A DNA stretch of 64,000 bases from positions 1 through 64,000 of the forward strand of contig RSEE01000086.1 of the NCBI GenBank assembly GCA_003971905.1, given 5' to 3'. The position numbers and the translations under genes are program-made. The notes under the pieces were generated by a model, which saw nothing but the letters and a program-made list of their open reading frames with translations, did no database searches and had not been told where the DNA came from. The DNA is from Moniliella sp. 'wahieum'. Its lineage: Eukaryota. This document shows, one piece after another, positions 1 through 12,256 of this stretch (positions are counted from its first letter, which is position 1; each line of letters starts with the position of its first letter).

Positions 1-24
1 ACCCTAACCCTAACCCTAACCCTA
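1..24 (-). repeat. Telomeric repeat (CCCTAA)n / TTAGGG, chromosome left end
   Basis: Window starts with a-ccctaa-ccctaa-ccctaa-cccta, C-rich strand on +, the orientation expected for a left telomere. Confidence 0.85.
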
Positions 25-154
25 GGGGAGGGCCGAGGGTAGATAGCGAGCTACCCGAAGGGGAGAGAGTTATGCCGAGGCGATAGCTCGCTATAAATCG
101 TCCGCTCTATGCATATGGCCTCCGTTTTCCCATCCGACGCCCCGTTCAAAGTTA

Positions 155-220
155 CACCCACCCCACCCTAACCCTCACCCCCTCACCCACCCCACCCTAA
201 CCCTCACCCCCTCACCCACC
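155..220. repeat. Subtelomeric 29-bp tandem duplication containing a telomere-like motif
   Basis: cacccaccccaccctaaccctcaccccct at 155-183 and 184-212, plus a partial third copy. Confidence 0.85.
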
Positions 221-1102
221 ACCATGCCTGACACACCCCCCGACACACCAAGACCAGGCGTCGCATCACAGTGAGAGTGGTAGGGGGGATAGCTACAGCC
301 TTGGGCTACTCAAACTAACTCACTCCCGTGGTCTTCCAGTCAAAAGTTGTCTCAACCCTGAATGGGTGGGGTGGGCATGCCCTTGTAACCCTGCATCTTT
401 GTTACCGATACCCTCTGTAGGTTCCGACTTGAGGATATCCTGGCCTCCTTCAGACTTGTACGTATACTGACCCCTGCAGATGCTGACTTGTGTGAATCTA
501 TACTGTTAACAAGTAGGTCACCTGGGCAGAAGAGAGTGTCTTCCGGCCACGCGCCGGAGTAGTGATCGATTCCCCCTGTAGCCCCCGCACAGGACTGCTC
601 TCATCTTCCACAGACCAATGCATGCCCCCATATACTCTACCACTACCACCATCCGCACCCTAGTACTGTGACCGCACCCCATATATCCCGTCCGATCTGC
701 GACGGTCACCATTGCATCACCCAGATATAATACCGCGATGGAATCAGAAGAGGCCCACGTGGGAATCATCAGTGCCGTCATTCTTTTAGCATCCTCCTCC
801 GCTCCAGCTGTGTATCAGTTCACGCAGCCCCGTCCAGAGCTCGATTGTGTACCAAGAGACTCTGCCCACCGCCCACCAAGAGCAGCTACACCACATATAG
901 TAATACTTCCCAACATTGCCCCCTCGCGCCTGCCCAACCGACCGACCCCCCCACCCCCCCGCCCTTACTCTCCGCCCAGTGGTACTCATACCCACCCTCT
1001 TCTCTTCGTACTAATACCACTCGAATGCAACACCAGCGATTCTGGAGCTATATCTTCCCTTGGGCGTTTATAGTGTGGCTGCTGATCTAATCCCAACCCT
1101 AC

Positions 1103-1240
1103 TGCCGCATAAGCCTGTGCACGTGCATCGACAGGGTTGGCATCACTGTTGGTCTGGGCCGTGTCCGCCTGCTCCCTTTGCCTCACCACCACCACCACCG
1201 CGTATGCCAAGGCATTGTTTGGCCAGCACTTTCAGCATGC
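1103..1240. repeat. Diverged direct repeat, copy 1 (partner 5131-5280)
   Basis: tgccgcataagcc..gcacgtg.atcg.cag.gttgg.atcactgttggtct...tatgc.aag.cattg...ggccagca.tttcagca is shared with 5131-5280. Confidence 0.8.
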
Positions 1241-1299
1241 GCGTTGGCCCTGCTGACCTCGGCGGCGCGACCAATGTGAGGTCTTTCGAGGTATCGTGG

Positions 1300-4200
1300 G
1301 TGCAAAGCCAGGGCTCTATTCGCCGAAGCAGGTGCTCAATCCCTTAGGGTTAGGGTTAGAAAGAAGCGGGATGGAGGGGTGCCCACGAGCATGTTCGTTT
1401 CCAGAGGTTGTGCTGAGCATTTCATCCTTATCGCCGCTTCGTTCAAACTGTGGGCGTTATTTGTACCAACCCGGCGCGAAGCATCGAGACCACTTCGCAT
1501 TCCTTTCACCGCCGACACACGTCCCAAAAAGGACATACCGAAAGTCAGCTTACTCATCGGCTGCATACATGCAGTGCTTGCAGCAATCCTCGCCCCCACC
1601 GAACTCGGAAGACAAGGGGCTGTGCTAACTGCGTCTACTCGGAAAGTCTGGGAAGAGGGAGGTGGCATGGCCATTTAGCAACACCATCGCTCTTGACCAT
1701 GCATGTTTTCCCCTGTACTACGTTTTCCCTGTCGAATAGGGATGGCCAATGTGCCCCTGAACCTTCCTAGCGCATCGCCAGGCTCTCTTATTTCTTTGAC
1801 ACCCACGAAAGTTCACCGTTCTCTGTTCTTCTTTTTGACGTGGCCTGGGGCTGCGTGCTATATGTGGATGCTCTGGAGGGGCATGCATACGTTGTGACCA
1901 CTTTCTTCAAACGCCGGCGCAAGGAGTGTTTGATGTTCTGGCTCCATGATTGCTGCCAATCCGCCCTTTTACTTTATGTCAAATCTTCCAAGATGCCGCA
2001 CCCTTCGAAAGTGGAATTCCCTTCTTTGATTGGTGCGGTGGGGCATAACGTGCAACTCGCCTCCTAGTGCTTCATCCTGTGCAGCCCCGTTCTCCTTGCG
2101 CGAATTACGAATACACTTGTCGACTTGCCTGCATGTCATGACGTACGGCAATGCTGCTATTTTCATTGTCATTGTGGGTCCCTGCTGGTACGGTTTGCTT
2201 GCAGTGCTGTGCTCATGTGGCCCGCCGTCACCGCCGCTACCAACGATACGATTAGCTGCTACCAATCTGGGCGGTATCTCTGCAACACTTGGTGCGCACA
2301 TGTATTTCGCCAAAACTTACCGGACCAGGTAGTGGTGATGGTACGTTTTCCACGCTCTCTTGTGCTCTCTTGTGGAGCGAAGTACTGACAACCGACGCAG
2401 ACGGAACAACACCAGCAGTCATTGCAAAGTACGTACTTACACAACAAGGAAACTGGCGGCATCAATGCCTCTTATTCACAAGCATGCGACGCTTACACGG
2501 TGAAAGTGCAAGCGCTGTCTACTTGACGAAGGGCAGCTGCCTCGCAAAGCAAGTGCCCGCGCCGCTCTCCCTTCGGTCGGGTACGGAAGGCCCTGGTTGG
2601 GCTTTGGCCAGGAAGGGACGTGTGAAAACAATGTCCGAGCTCAACCCGCCTGTTTCAGTGGCCGTACGCCTGTGTGGCAGCGCGCTGCGCCTAGCCAACA
2701 CGGCGAGTACCTTGAAGCCGTCTGCAGCGCTCCCTGCTACAGCGCAGCTTTGAATCCGCTGCTGTTCGTCGGAGGGAGGAGGGGAGCTTGGTTGACAGTA
2801 CCGCCAAGAAAGGGCCGTCACTGCGTGGAGCTCTGGCGAGGCAGAGCCGGAGGAAGGAGGAGTGCTGCGCACGGCCATCACGTGGCGGGGCCAGTGGCGA
2901 GAATGGGGCGCGGGCATAGTTGTATGCCCTTCGCGGTCCTCCTGAAGAGCGTTGTGGCCACCGCCTCGCTTGGCGCGCTCAGCAGTCAATTCATTGGCAT
3001 TGGCTGCGGCCACACCGCCTATAACCCTAGCACCGTACTGAATTTGATCTCGTTGCGACTGGGAGCCATTTTACTTCTCCACCACCAACCCAGGCTTTAA
3101 GACCTCTGCTGCACCTCGTGTTCTTGCCCCCCTTTCGCCCTCCTCTCCTCTCGCTGCGTACCAAGCCGGATGCGTGCTCACGAAGGGGGCATGCCTCTTG
3201 GCTTCACGTCTTGCTGTGCATCCTGTCAATGCAGCTCGTACTGAGCTGGAATCGAGCAGGCGGCCTTGTGGCGGCTGTGGGATGAAGGCCTAGGCGATCG
3301 TCTCCAGCAGCATGCCGAACAAGACACGCTGTTCCCTCGGCTGCCCACCTCGATTCATTGGCACGCTAAACCTGGCCGTGCATGCAACCGTAAATCGGGT
3401 CCTTCCCGGTTCTGCCGGTTCTGCTACAGACGAGGGCGGCACGATGTGCAGCGGAAGGCAAAGCAAGCTGAAGACGGCACACCCATGGGTGGCGACAACT
3501 GGATTCAGCGATGGCGGTAGCAGGGATTGCGCGCTCCCCTTCGATTGCCAGCAAGATGCGTAGCGCGCACCTCCAAGGCCAACAGCACCGCAACCAAAAG
3601 TACCACCGCTTGCGGATGATTTCTTTGCTGGTATTTGCTGTCCTCAGGAAACACAAGCGTTGCAAGAATTTGAGGTCCAATCTCAAGACGTGGGTGGAGT
3701 CATCACCAGCTTCTGACACGATCTGGTGCCGATGAACAAGGGGCTACGCATCTGCAGATCGTCACTTTCAAGCCCGGGGAATGTGGGTTAGCCATGGTGG
3801 TGTGCGACCAGCAGGATAAGAAACGGTGCTGCTGATCGCCCCTGATAGCACGCTTGGTTGCGGTGCACACCTCTCTGGACTTACAATCCAGGATGAACTC
3901 AGCGCGCTAACGTTGTTGGTGGAAATGCCTGTATGTGGTTCATATTCTGTTGCTGTGGCCCAAGTTGCTGACCATGTGGCTTTTGTCAAACGCAGGAACG
4001 GGAGGTCACGCACTCATGCAGTGCATCAACTCGTCGCGTCAGCGCCTGCCCCAGCGAGTCGTTCAAAGCGCCAATGGAGGGAGTGCCAGCACTGCGGGCA
4101 CTGTGTTGTTTGGCCATAAGCTGCACCACTAGCACAGACAATTTGCATTCCCCACTGCAGCGTGGGCACGGAAGATCCTTGTGTTTTTCCCGAGGTCCAG

Positions 4201-5100
4201 ATGCTGTTCGGTGCTGCTGTTGTGCGGGGCCATGACGGGCGCGGAGAACGGGTCTCCCGCACTTTGGCAGCGCAAAGAAACGGATGTGGGTCAGCTGGCA
4301 CCAACCTTGTCATCAGGGCTCCATTGAGAGCACGGAATGCCCCGCAAATGGTGAGGTTGATCAGGGATCGTCATCCTCATCACGCCGCCGATTGTTGGGG
4401 CCGAGGGAAGAGGAGCCAGACAACATAGTGGGACGTGCGGGTGCCAAGAGCTCGTGGGCTGGACTGGATGCAGCGTATGCTCATCGTCCCGTTGTTTCTG
4501 ATGGCGTTCGTCGTGTGGGGCGTGCTTGTCTGGATATTGACTCTGGTTTGGGACTGACGTTATTACCACACTCATAGGTTGCCTGTGTTTTTCTTCGTTC
4601 GTACGTTCATCCTCCGAAGCGATCAGTCGCATAATGCATGACAACGGCACCTTACAACACAGCTTTACCCTGATCCATGCCTAAGAGTCAGGGCGACGAG
4701 ATGATCGTGGAATGTAGGATGCCTATCCAAGTGCCTAAACGACATGAGGGCGGAATGGGATATATGTTGAACGGGAGGGAGAGGCAGCTGATGGTGGCAC
4801 AAGACGCAATGCGAGTGGTTCTACTTGGTCGCTGTGACTGTGCTGGCCATCGTACGTCGCGAAGGATTAGTCTGGGCAATGGGTGCCGCTTGCGTTGCTT
4901 GAGCAAGTCGCAGGAACAGGACAAGAGCGTTGCGCGCGAGGCAAAGCTACTGGACATCCACTTGAACTACGATACCAATGACATTGATCAATTGATGAGA
5001 CCTGAAACCGAGACGGCCCTCCAGGGGCATGCATTCGCACTAGTGGTTGCGGTGGTCGTCCAACCCAACCAACGACATCTCCAGGGACATTAGCAGACGA
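1300..5100. pseudogene. Degenerate subtelomeric region with gene relics, no recognisable product
   Basis: Only short broken ORFs; one canonical-looking intron on + (gtatgt 3931...gctgac...cgcag 3995). No convincing helicase or RT motifs. Confidence 0.3.
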
Positions 5101-5130
5101 GGCGCTACCGGGCCAGACTGCAGACCTTAG

Positions 5131-5280
5131 TGCCGCATAAGCCCGAGCACGTGGATCGGCAGTGTTGGTATCACTGTTGGTCTTGCCTATAGCCTCCTGC
5201 TCCCAGTTTGCTCCTCCACCTTCGCCATCAGGTATGCCTATGCTAAGACATTGCTGCGGCCAGCAGTTTCAGCAAGTGCA
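5131..5280. repeat. Diverged direct repeat, copy 2 (partner 1103-1240)
   Basis: Visible alignment to 1103-1240 with scattered substitutions and small indels. Confidence 0.8.
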
Positions 5281-8154
5281 AGCAAAAGTAAGTCTAGGGT
5301 CTTGGTGTGGTGCAATGGGCGTGTCGTACGTGTGGATGGGCTTAGTGGGTTCCAAGGTACCGTTGGGCGGCGGTGCTCCAGTCCCAGTGGAACGCGTAGC
5401 CGGCATCGCCAACTCGTTCCAAGGTACAGTACATATTCCGTGCCGCTGTCATTGTTCTTGAGCATGCTGGGATCCACATACAATTCTGAGTCGTCCGTTT
5501 CATATGCCGAGTCGGGGAAGGTCGATTCCCACTCTTCCCTCATGTGCCGCTCGTGGCGAAGGAGAACATGTTTCATGCCTTCTAATGGAACCAGCACGCC
5601 CGTCGGGGTCAAGGTGCAGCGGTCCCATTGGATCTGGGTCATGTCGTGCATGCGGGAAAAGACATGCAATTCGGGTTCAATCCACCGTTGGATCACGTGG
5701 GGCTCGCCATTGGTCAACAGAGCAAACGGGCGAAAGGGAAAGGAAGGTGATGCAGGTAATTTCCTGGGGCTGCCGCGCATGGGTCCAATCCAGTACATTG
5801 ACCAACAACACCCCCATCTCGTCCTCTCTCATGTTGACATTCTCGAGGGGAGAAAAGAGGTTTACCCCGCGGCGCGGCGTCAGAACCCTACCGTCGGGCG
5901 AGGGCGGAGAAGTAGGGACGTGATAGCCATGACGATGCAACATGCTCGGAATCATGGCGCGGCCATCTTGCATCCACGAGCGCTGCGAGTACCACTTTCT
6001 TGGCAAGGAGAGGCCCATCCTCTCGGGAGTGCGGCAATCGAGGATGGCGAGCCAGGCCCGGTGGCGGTGGACACGTCCGGTAAAGGCATGCTTGTACCCT
6101 TGAGTACACCAAGGTATATTTCGGTCCATTCCCCGTGCTCTTTGATCCGCTCGTCATCCTCGACGGCATTGTCCTCCAACAAGGCTTTGTGGGCAAAACA
6201 AAACACGAGCGTCTCCGATTCGGGTTGCACTTGAAGTCCAATCACATCTCTCACCCCAAACCCATTGAAACCCGCCATCCCCATCTTCTCAATGCCATTG
6301 AACGCACGATTCATCCCTACCAAAAGCAAAAACAATAAAAAGAAGGGTTAGTCAATTGTCCCGCACCACCTACCAACCAAGCACCAGTCTTCCTCCGGCC
6401 CAAGAAATCCCCTCGACGCGAAACACATACCGCGGCTGTCCTTCTCGGTCGCGGTGGCTGACTCAGATCCACTTTGGGTGGCCAACTGAGCAGGCGGCTG
6501 TGCTGGGGATCGAGATGATACTGGGACGGGTCCATGAGCATTTGATTAAGCGAGAAAAGGGCTTTGTCCGACTGGGCATCGTACGCAACCAAGTCAGACC
6601 ATCGCTCCCATTTAATCGCAGGATCGCGCGCTTGACCGTTCCAGTCAAAGTGGGAAAATAGCATGCGAGGCGAAAGACCAAAGGGTGCAAGTGAGTCGAC
6701 GACCTGGCCCGTAGTTAGATTGAACATGGAAATGATTTGTTTGCCGAACGGCATATTGGTGTCATCAACGGCCGGAGCACTTGGGGGGTGGGGGGGGGGG
6801 GAGAATGTGCGCAACCAAAAACAGAACGCGTTAGAACCACCAAGAGAGAGACCAAAAAGGGACCACTACCGTCATCCCTATCGTCCCCATCGTCCCCATC
6901 ATGACGCATGCGAGCACAAGACGTACCAAGCTACCAAGTAGTCATTCCCAACCAGGACGAATCGGATTCCCAACAAGACCAAGTCCACGGTGTCTATCCC
7001 CCCAGGGATGTCCAAGATGGTGGTCTTAAGCGTCGTACAGGGCAAGTTGTCGTCGGTCGAATCGTGGTAATGAGCGTTCAAGTCCCAACCTCCATGGTGA
7101 ACGATAACAGATAGGTGGGTATTGTTCCCAGGATCGTCTGTCGCGAAAGGTCAGACATGGGGTTAGGACATTGGGGAAGGAATAAGAACAAAAGAAGATG
7201 AGGAAGGAAGAGTAGCCACAACCACAACCACAACAACCAAAACAACAACATACCTCGACGCCAAACGCTCAGCAACGGTCCATCATAGACCACATCACCC
7301 CCCAAAAGCTTCCAACCCTTCGGTGCGGCATAGGTATACAACTCGATCTGGTGCTCTTCGTCCCAATACATCATCAGATTGACCTGGCTGTCGAAATATA
7401 TCTGCGAATTGCGAAAGGTCAGCCCGCCATACTTGCTCTGCGGTCGGATCTCCATATTGTGCCGCCGCTTCACCGGACCATCTCCCTCGTCGAGTACAAC
7501 GGGGTTAACGAGCGGGTGCAGAACAAAGGGGTTGGTAGGGTTAGTGGGGTCCATCGCGATAGGGGATGGAGGGTCATGGCCGGTGGCTGACGCCTCCGTG
7601 TCGCGGGCCTCGGCATTGGAGGGGTGCGGGAGCGGAGGTGCGGCGGGAGAGGGAGAGGAGGGAGGAAGAGGAGAAGGAAGCGGTGTGCCAGACAAGCTCC
7701 ATCCAAACGGGGCGTGGAGGAGTTCGTTGGCAATGACCAACGCTTGCCAGGTGCGCGGCACGATGTCCAAGCCGCAAGCGTGGGTGGCATCCTGAAGCGA
7801 GAACGGGGGCGACGAGGGCAGGCGCAGCAGCCGGCAGGCGATGCCGCGCCAAAGCAATTCGTCCTCGTGGAGAAACGCGTGCAGCCCTGTGGGGGTGGGG
7901 GGAGGAGGGGTAAGCGCGAGCGAAAGAAACGAGGGTCAGTCTAGCGTTCAGGGCAGCTGCGCGCGGATAGAACACATACGTGTGCACGTCGCCGCCAGAC
8001 GCACCACATCGCACGGCTCCAGCAGCGGTGTGGCGGCCACTTTCCAAACGAGCTCAACGGGGGAAAACACTCGAGCGACATCGAATCCGGCCGCCCTTCT
8101 GTGTGGTGGTGCGCGGCAGGGGCGAAACGAGGAAGAGGGGGTTGCCGGTTCCAT
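5238..8154 (-). CDS. F-box protein with unknown C-terminal region, multi-exon
   Basis: Splicing out intron 7979-7887 (gtatgt...ctgac...cag) gives FSPVELVWKVAATPLLEPCDVVRLAATCTRLHAFLHEDELLWRGIA, an F-box pattern. Further introns near 7254-7138 and 6925; exons match ORFs 7078-7857, 6899-7081, 6317-6814, 5952-6335 and 5238-5798. Confidence 0.7.
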
Positions 8155-9329
8155 TTCAGGCCGGCGGTCAGGCCGGCGGTCGGGCCGCAGGCCGAGGCCT
8201 CCGGGGTCCTAATCAATTACCCCACTGCGGTGACGGTGACGTGACGGTGACTGGTGGTGACCGGTGACTGCAGGATGATTTCCGCCAGGTGCTGGCCCAT
8301 TCCGCTCTCCGGTCCCAGATCGCTTGGGCCACCGGGGTAAATCGTCGATTGCTGACCGGTTTACCTGCTCCCAACCGGCGGGCGGAGTTGGCGGGGTTAC
8401 CGGTGCCCGCTAACTCTGAGTTAGGTCGGCGTCGTCAAGCGCCGACCTAACTCGGTGGTGGACTGCGGGGTTTCGAAACCAACGCATGCTCGCAACGGGA
8501 TCACCAAGTAGGGGTAGGCTCCCCTTGGCTCGCCGGTTGGCTTGGCCTCCATTGCCGCCACACACTCCGATCGGACTTCTTCGTGCTGTCTCGACTCCTA
8601 GACCAACACATGCTCCTGGCTCCTTCGCCTTGCCTCCCGGCGCTTCTCTCTGCACAGCCCGTTTTTCATCGCCATTCTGACGGCTCCGGCCCTGGCATCA
8701 GACGCACGCACCACAAGGGCCTTCTTTTGAAGCTGACATGGACGTTCACTCTCACATGTTTAGGGGGTTGACCGACATGCGAGCCCGGCCGACAATATCC
8801 ATCTCTCCATCGCCTGCTCCACTCTCGCACGACCGTCAGTGTCCCTGTAACAAACCTGCACCAAGATCAGGAGTGTCAGGGACGGAGATGGGGGAAAGGG
8901 CGCAGATGGATTGCATACATCTATGGACGCACAGGAGGTATATGTACCTCCTCAGGAAGGGGGCACAGTCGAGAGGTGGACACAGGATCTCCCAACTTAT
9001 AAGAATCACGCCATAGTGCCCATACGGGTCTAATAGTGGCCAAGGGGCCCCTAGCACGGCGTGAGTCTGACAGCATCTCACTCTACGCGCGGGAACAGAC
9101 TCTCCCTTCTCCTTCCCATTCCCATTCCCATCCCCACACCTATTCTCATTCATTCTCATTTCATCTCATTCTCATTCGGATCGGTCCTCGTCGCTGCGCC
9201 GGACCACGGCGGGGTGGGTGGGGTGGGTTGGGTGCAGCGTGGGCCAACAAGAACAACAGGCCGGCTGGTGAACTGAGAAGAGCGATGGAGACAATCTGAC
9301 AGAGGGAGAAGCGCGAGGTGAGAGTGAAC

Positions 9330-10150
9330 AGTAGGGGACTCGGTACGAAAGGGTCGGTCTGGAGGAATGAATGGCGGTAAACAAAGTACGGGGAAGGGTT
9401 GGCGGGCGAATGAGTGGACGCCAAAAGTACATTTATAGGGCCGGGTGGGATGGCCATCGTAGGATGCCAAAAACATTATCCCAATCGAACGGGAAGAACA
9501 CACGCCAGAATGGCGGTATAATAAGGAGTCAGAACAAAGTTTTTTTTTGTGTATGTGTTTGGGTTCTTGGTGTTGGTTGTGGGCGCACAGAGGGCGAGCC
9601 AGAAGAGAATGGGGTAAAGTAGTGGGAGAGGGAAGGGAGAGGGAGAGGGAGAGGGAGAGGGAGAGGTGAAAGTGAGTAGAAGGAGACGCGGTAGGGCAGG
9701 GTGAGGGTGAGTGAATGAATGAAAGCGAACAAAGTGCAGGTATAGGGCCGAGTCGGATGTGTGGGCATCGCAGGATCCCAAAATCATCCGTGTAGAACGG
9801 CCGGAACACAAGGGAAAGCGGTGTATACGGTATCAGGACAGGGTTTCTTTGTAGAGTTTTGTTTTTGTTTCTTAGTGTATGTTGTGGGCACACAGAGGCC
9901 ACAGTATGAGGCTTGTGGTGTAGAGGGAGAGGGAGAAGTGGGAGTGAACAGCAGGGATCATGCGGTACGAAAGGGTTATTGGGCGAATGAAAAACGCCAA
10001 TAACGTACACAGGGAAGGGCCGGTGGGTGAATGAATGAGGTCCAACAAAGTACAAGTATGGGGATCTTAGGATCCCAAAAACATACGCATAATAGAGCGG
10101 AGGAACACACACAGGAACGGCGGTATATGTGGTGTCGGAACAGGACTTGG
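9330..10150. repeat. Degenerate ~300-bp tandem repeat, three clear copies
   Basis: Shared blocks aaagt.ca..tat.ggg / ggat.ccaaaa (9462, 9773, 10070) / gaacaca / gcggt.ta / gaaca, separated by purine-rich spacers. Confidence 0.65.
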
Positions 10151-10515
10151 AAAGTAAAGGGTCTTGGTGTATGGTTTGAAGAAGTCACTTGGTTGGAATC
10201 GGTGCTTAAACGAATGTGGTCATCCGGAGACGGAAGAGAATCCGCAAAAAGGCCAGGCGGACGACAAGCAGGCACTTTTGGTGGTACAGAGTCACAGAGA
10301 AAAGACAGGCGGGCAGGAACTTGGTGGTATAGTTACAGAGGTTGGCGAGCAGGAACTTGAACTTGGGTCATCGAAGCACAACAGTCCACACATCCTGGGT
10401 TGACATCCAGGATACCGTAGCAGCCCCTCCTCCATCCAACAGGGCGGCTCGGGCAACGAGAAGAGGAAAAGAGAGCGTGTCTATCGCAGAATAGGTTGTA
10501 TGCTGCGGTAGGAGA

Positions 10516-12255
10516 ATCACTTGGGTCGCTTGGCCGCCTCGTCCCGGTTGGTAGACAGAGCGCGGGGCGCGGCACTGCTTCCCTGGGCCACGACCTTGGG
10601 TGGGGATGCATCAATCGTCCATCCAGGCAAGGCCGAAGATCAAAGCGATTTAATTTGTTGGACAGGAAGGAATGGCAGAATGGGGAGCAGCAAACGGTCA
10701 GTAAGAGCGAGGGAAGAAGAACAAAAGGTGAACCAAATTGCAACGTACCTTGGTCGTGGCTTTCGCTTTCGTGGTTGTTTGTTCGGTCGGCTGGACCAAG
10801 CGCGCGGGCTGGCGAGCCCCCGGGGTAATCCGTCCGGGCACGACGGTGCGCGTAGCAGCCGTCGGACCACGGGAAGCGGCAGAAGCACCGGAGATGGGAC
10901 GAGGACGTGTCGAACCCTCCTTGCCCTTGTCTTTCCCTTCGTTCTTGGTGAGAACAGCGATCGGGCGGGACGAGGAAAACGCGGGGACGCACAGCAGCTG
11001 TCGTACCACGGGAAGCGGCGGCAGAAGCAACGGACGTGGGACGGGTGCCTGTTGCTTTTCCTTGGTCTTGTCCTTCCCTTCGTTCGTGGACGGAACAGCG
11101 ATCGGGGTGGACAAAGAAGCTCGGGGACGCACAGTAGCCGTCGGACGACGGGAAGCAGCAGAAGCCACGGATGTGGGACGGGTGCCTGTTGCTTTCTCCA
11201 TTGCCTTGTCCTTCCCTGCATTCTTGGACGCAACAAAACCGGACTGGACGAGGGAACTCGAGGACGCACAGCAGCCGTCGGACCACGGGCAGCGGCAGAA
11301 GCAACGGACGTAGGACGGGTACGCGTCGATCCCTCTTTTGCCTTGTCTTTCCCTTGATTCTTGGACGGACCAGGCACCGGGCTGTACAAGGAAACGGGGA
11401 GGCACAGTCGCCGTGGTACCCTGAGAGGCAGTACCATGTGTGGTCTTGGGACGCCGGACAACCGGGGGTGCAACGGTTGTGGTACGAGGACTGGTGGCCC
11501 TCTGTTTTCCCTTAGTGTCTCGTGCTTGCGTCTTGGCCTCTGCCGGCGCCGGGGTAGGTTCCGGTGAGTCGACACGCGTGCCGCGGCGGCTGATCCGGCC
11601 GGACGGCTGAGTGGATGGGCCGGCGGGGGGAGGAGAACTGGGATCGTGGCCGAGGGAGGGAGGGTCCGAGTCGGAGTCTTCTTGGGCACGGGCATCGAGT
11701 GCTTGCTTTCGCTGGATCAACAGGTTGACCGCTTGGGCATCGTACCACGGCCCAAGTTCAACGTCGTAAACGGTATGAGCTTGTCGAGGGGGTCGGTCCG
11801 AAACTTAATACCTTGCCAGTCAGGCGGCAATTTCTTATTGATCTTCGCCAGCATGACCGCGAGGCGCTCTTCGGTGCGCCCGCGCTCGGCATTGCGAGCG
11901 GCCGCGGGCGTTGCGTTCCTCTTGCCGGGCCATACCCATGAGCATGCCGATGCAGGCGTCTCGGACCATGGCGTTCTTGGAGTGGCGGATATCCTTGCTT
12001 TGGCGATCAGGTCACGGTTGACCTGCTCGAGGGGGTCGTCGTCGGGGTTATATGCGAGCTCGGGGAAGCGAGCGGAGCACACGTCAAGCGCTGAGTACTG
12101 ATGCTGCTCTTCTTGGGGCGGGTCTGCCTCGGGGGGGGTGGGGGAGGAGGACATGAGGGGTGGCGAGCGCAGGGAGATGCGAGATGGCGGTGGGGAGGAG
12201 GACATGAGGGGTGGCGAGCGCAGGGAGAGGGAGATGGCGGTGGGGAGGAGGACAT
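10516..12255 (-). CDS. Hypothetical disordered, basic protein with ~41-aa tandem repeats
   Basis: Consecutive ORFs 11717-12481, 10698-11720 and 10640-11695 join by frameshifts. Putative intron gtacgt (~10748)...ctgac...aag leads to final exon VVAQGSSAAPRALSTNRDEAAKRPK*. Confidence 0.5.
10850..11420 (-). repeat. Coding minisatellite, ~123 bp (41 aa) x4
   Basis: Repeated unit like SKNxGKDKAKEKATGTRPTSVASAAASRGPTAAVRPRV; DNA gcagaagcaacggacgtgggacggg recurs about every 120-125 bp. Confidence 0.85.
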
Positions 12256-12256
12256 T
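12138..12256. repeat. ~51-bp tandem repeat x2.3
   Basis: gtggggaggaggacatgaggggtggcgagcgcagggaga..gagatggcg repeated. Confidence 0.85.

Noticed and set aside
1890..1970. Forkhead-like WQQSWSQNIKHSL on the minus strand
   Set aside because: Only superficial similarity to WQNSIRHNLS, with no surrounding domain.
2597..3100. Telomere-linked RecQ helicase fragment (CYSAAL…VVATASLGA)
   Set aside because: Spacing is wrong, and no Walker A, DEAH or QESGRAGR motifs were found nearby.
5251..6234. 327-aa + strand ORF
   Set aside because: Antisense shadow of the minus-strand F-box gene, whose splice signals define the coding strand.
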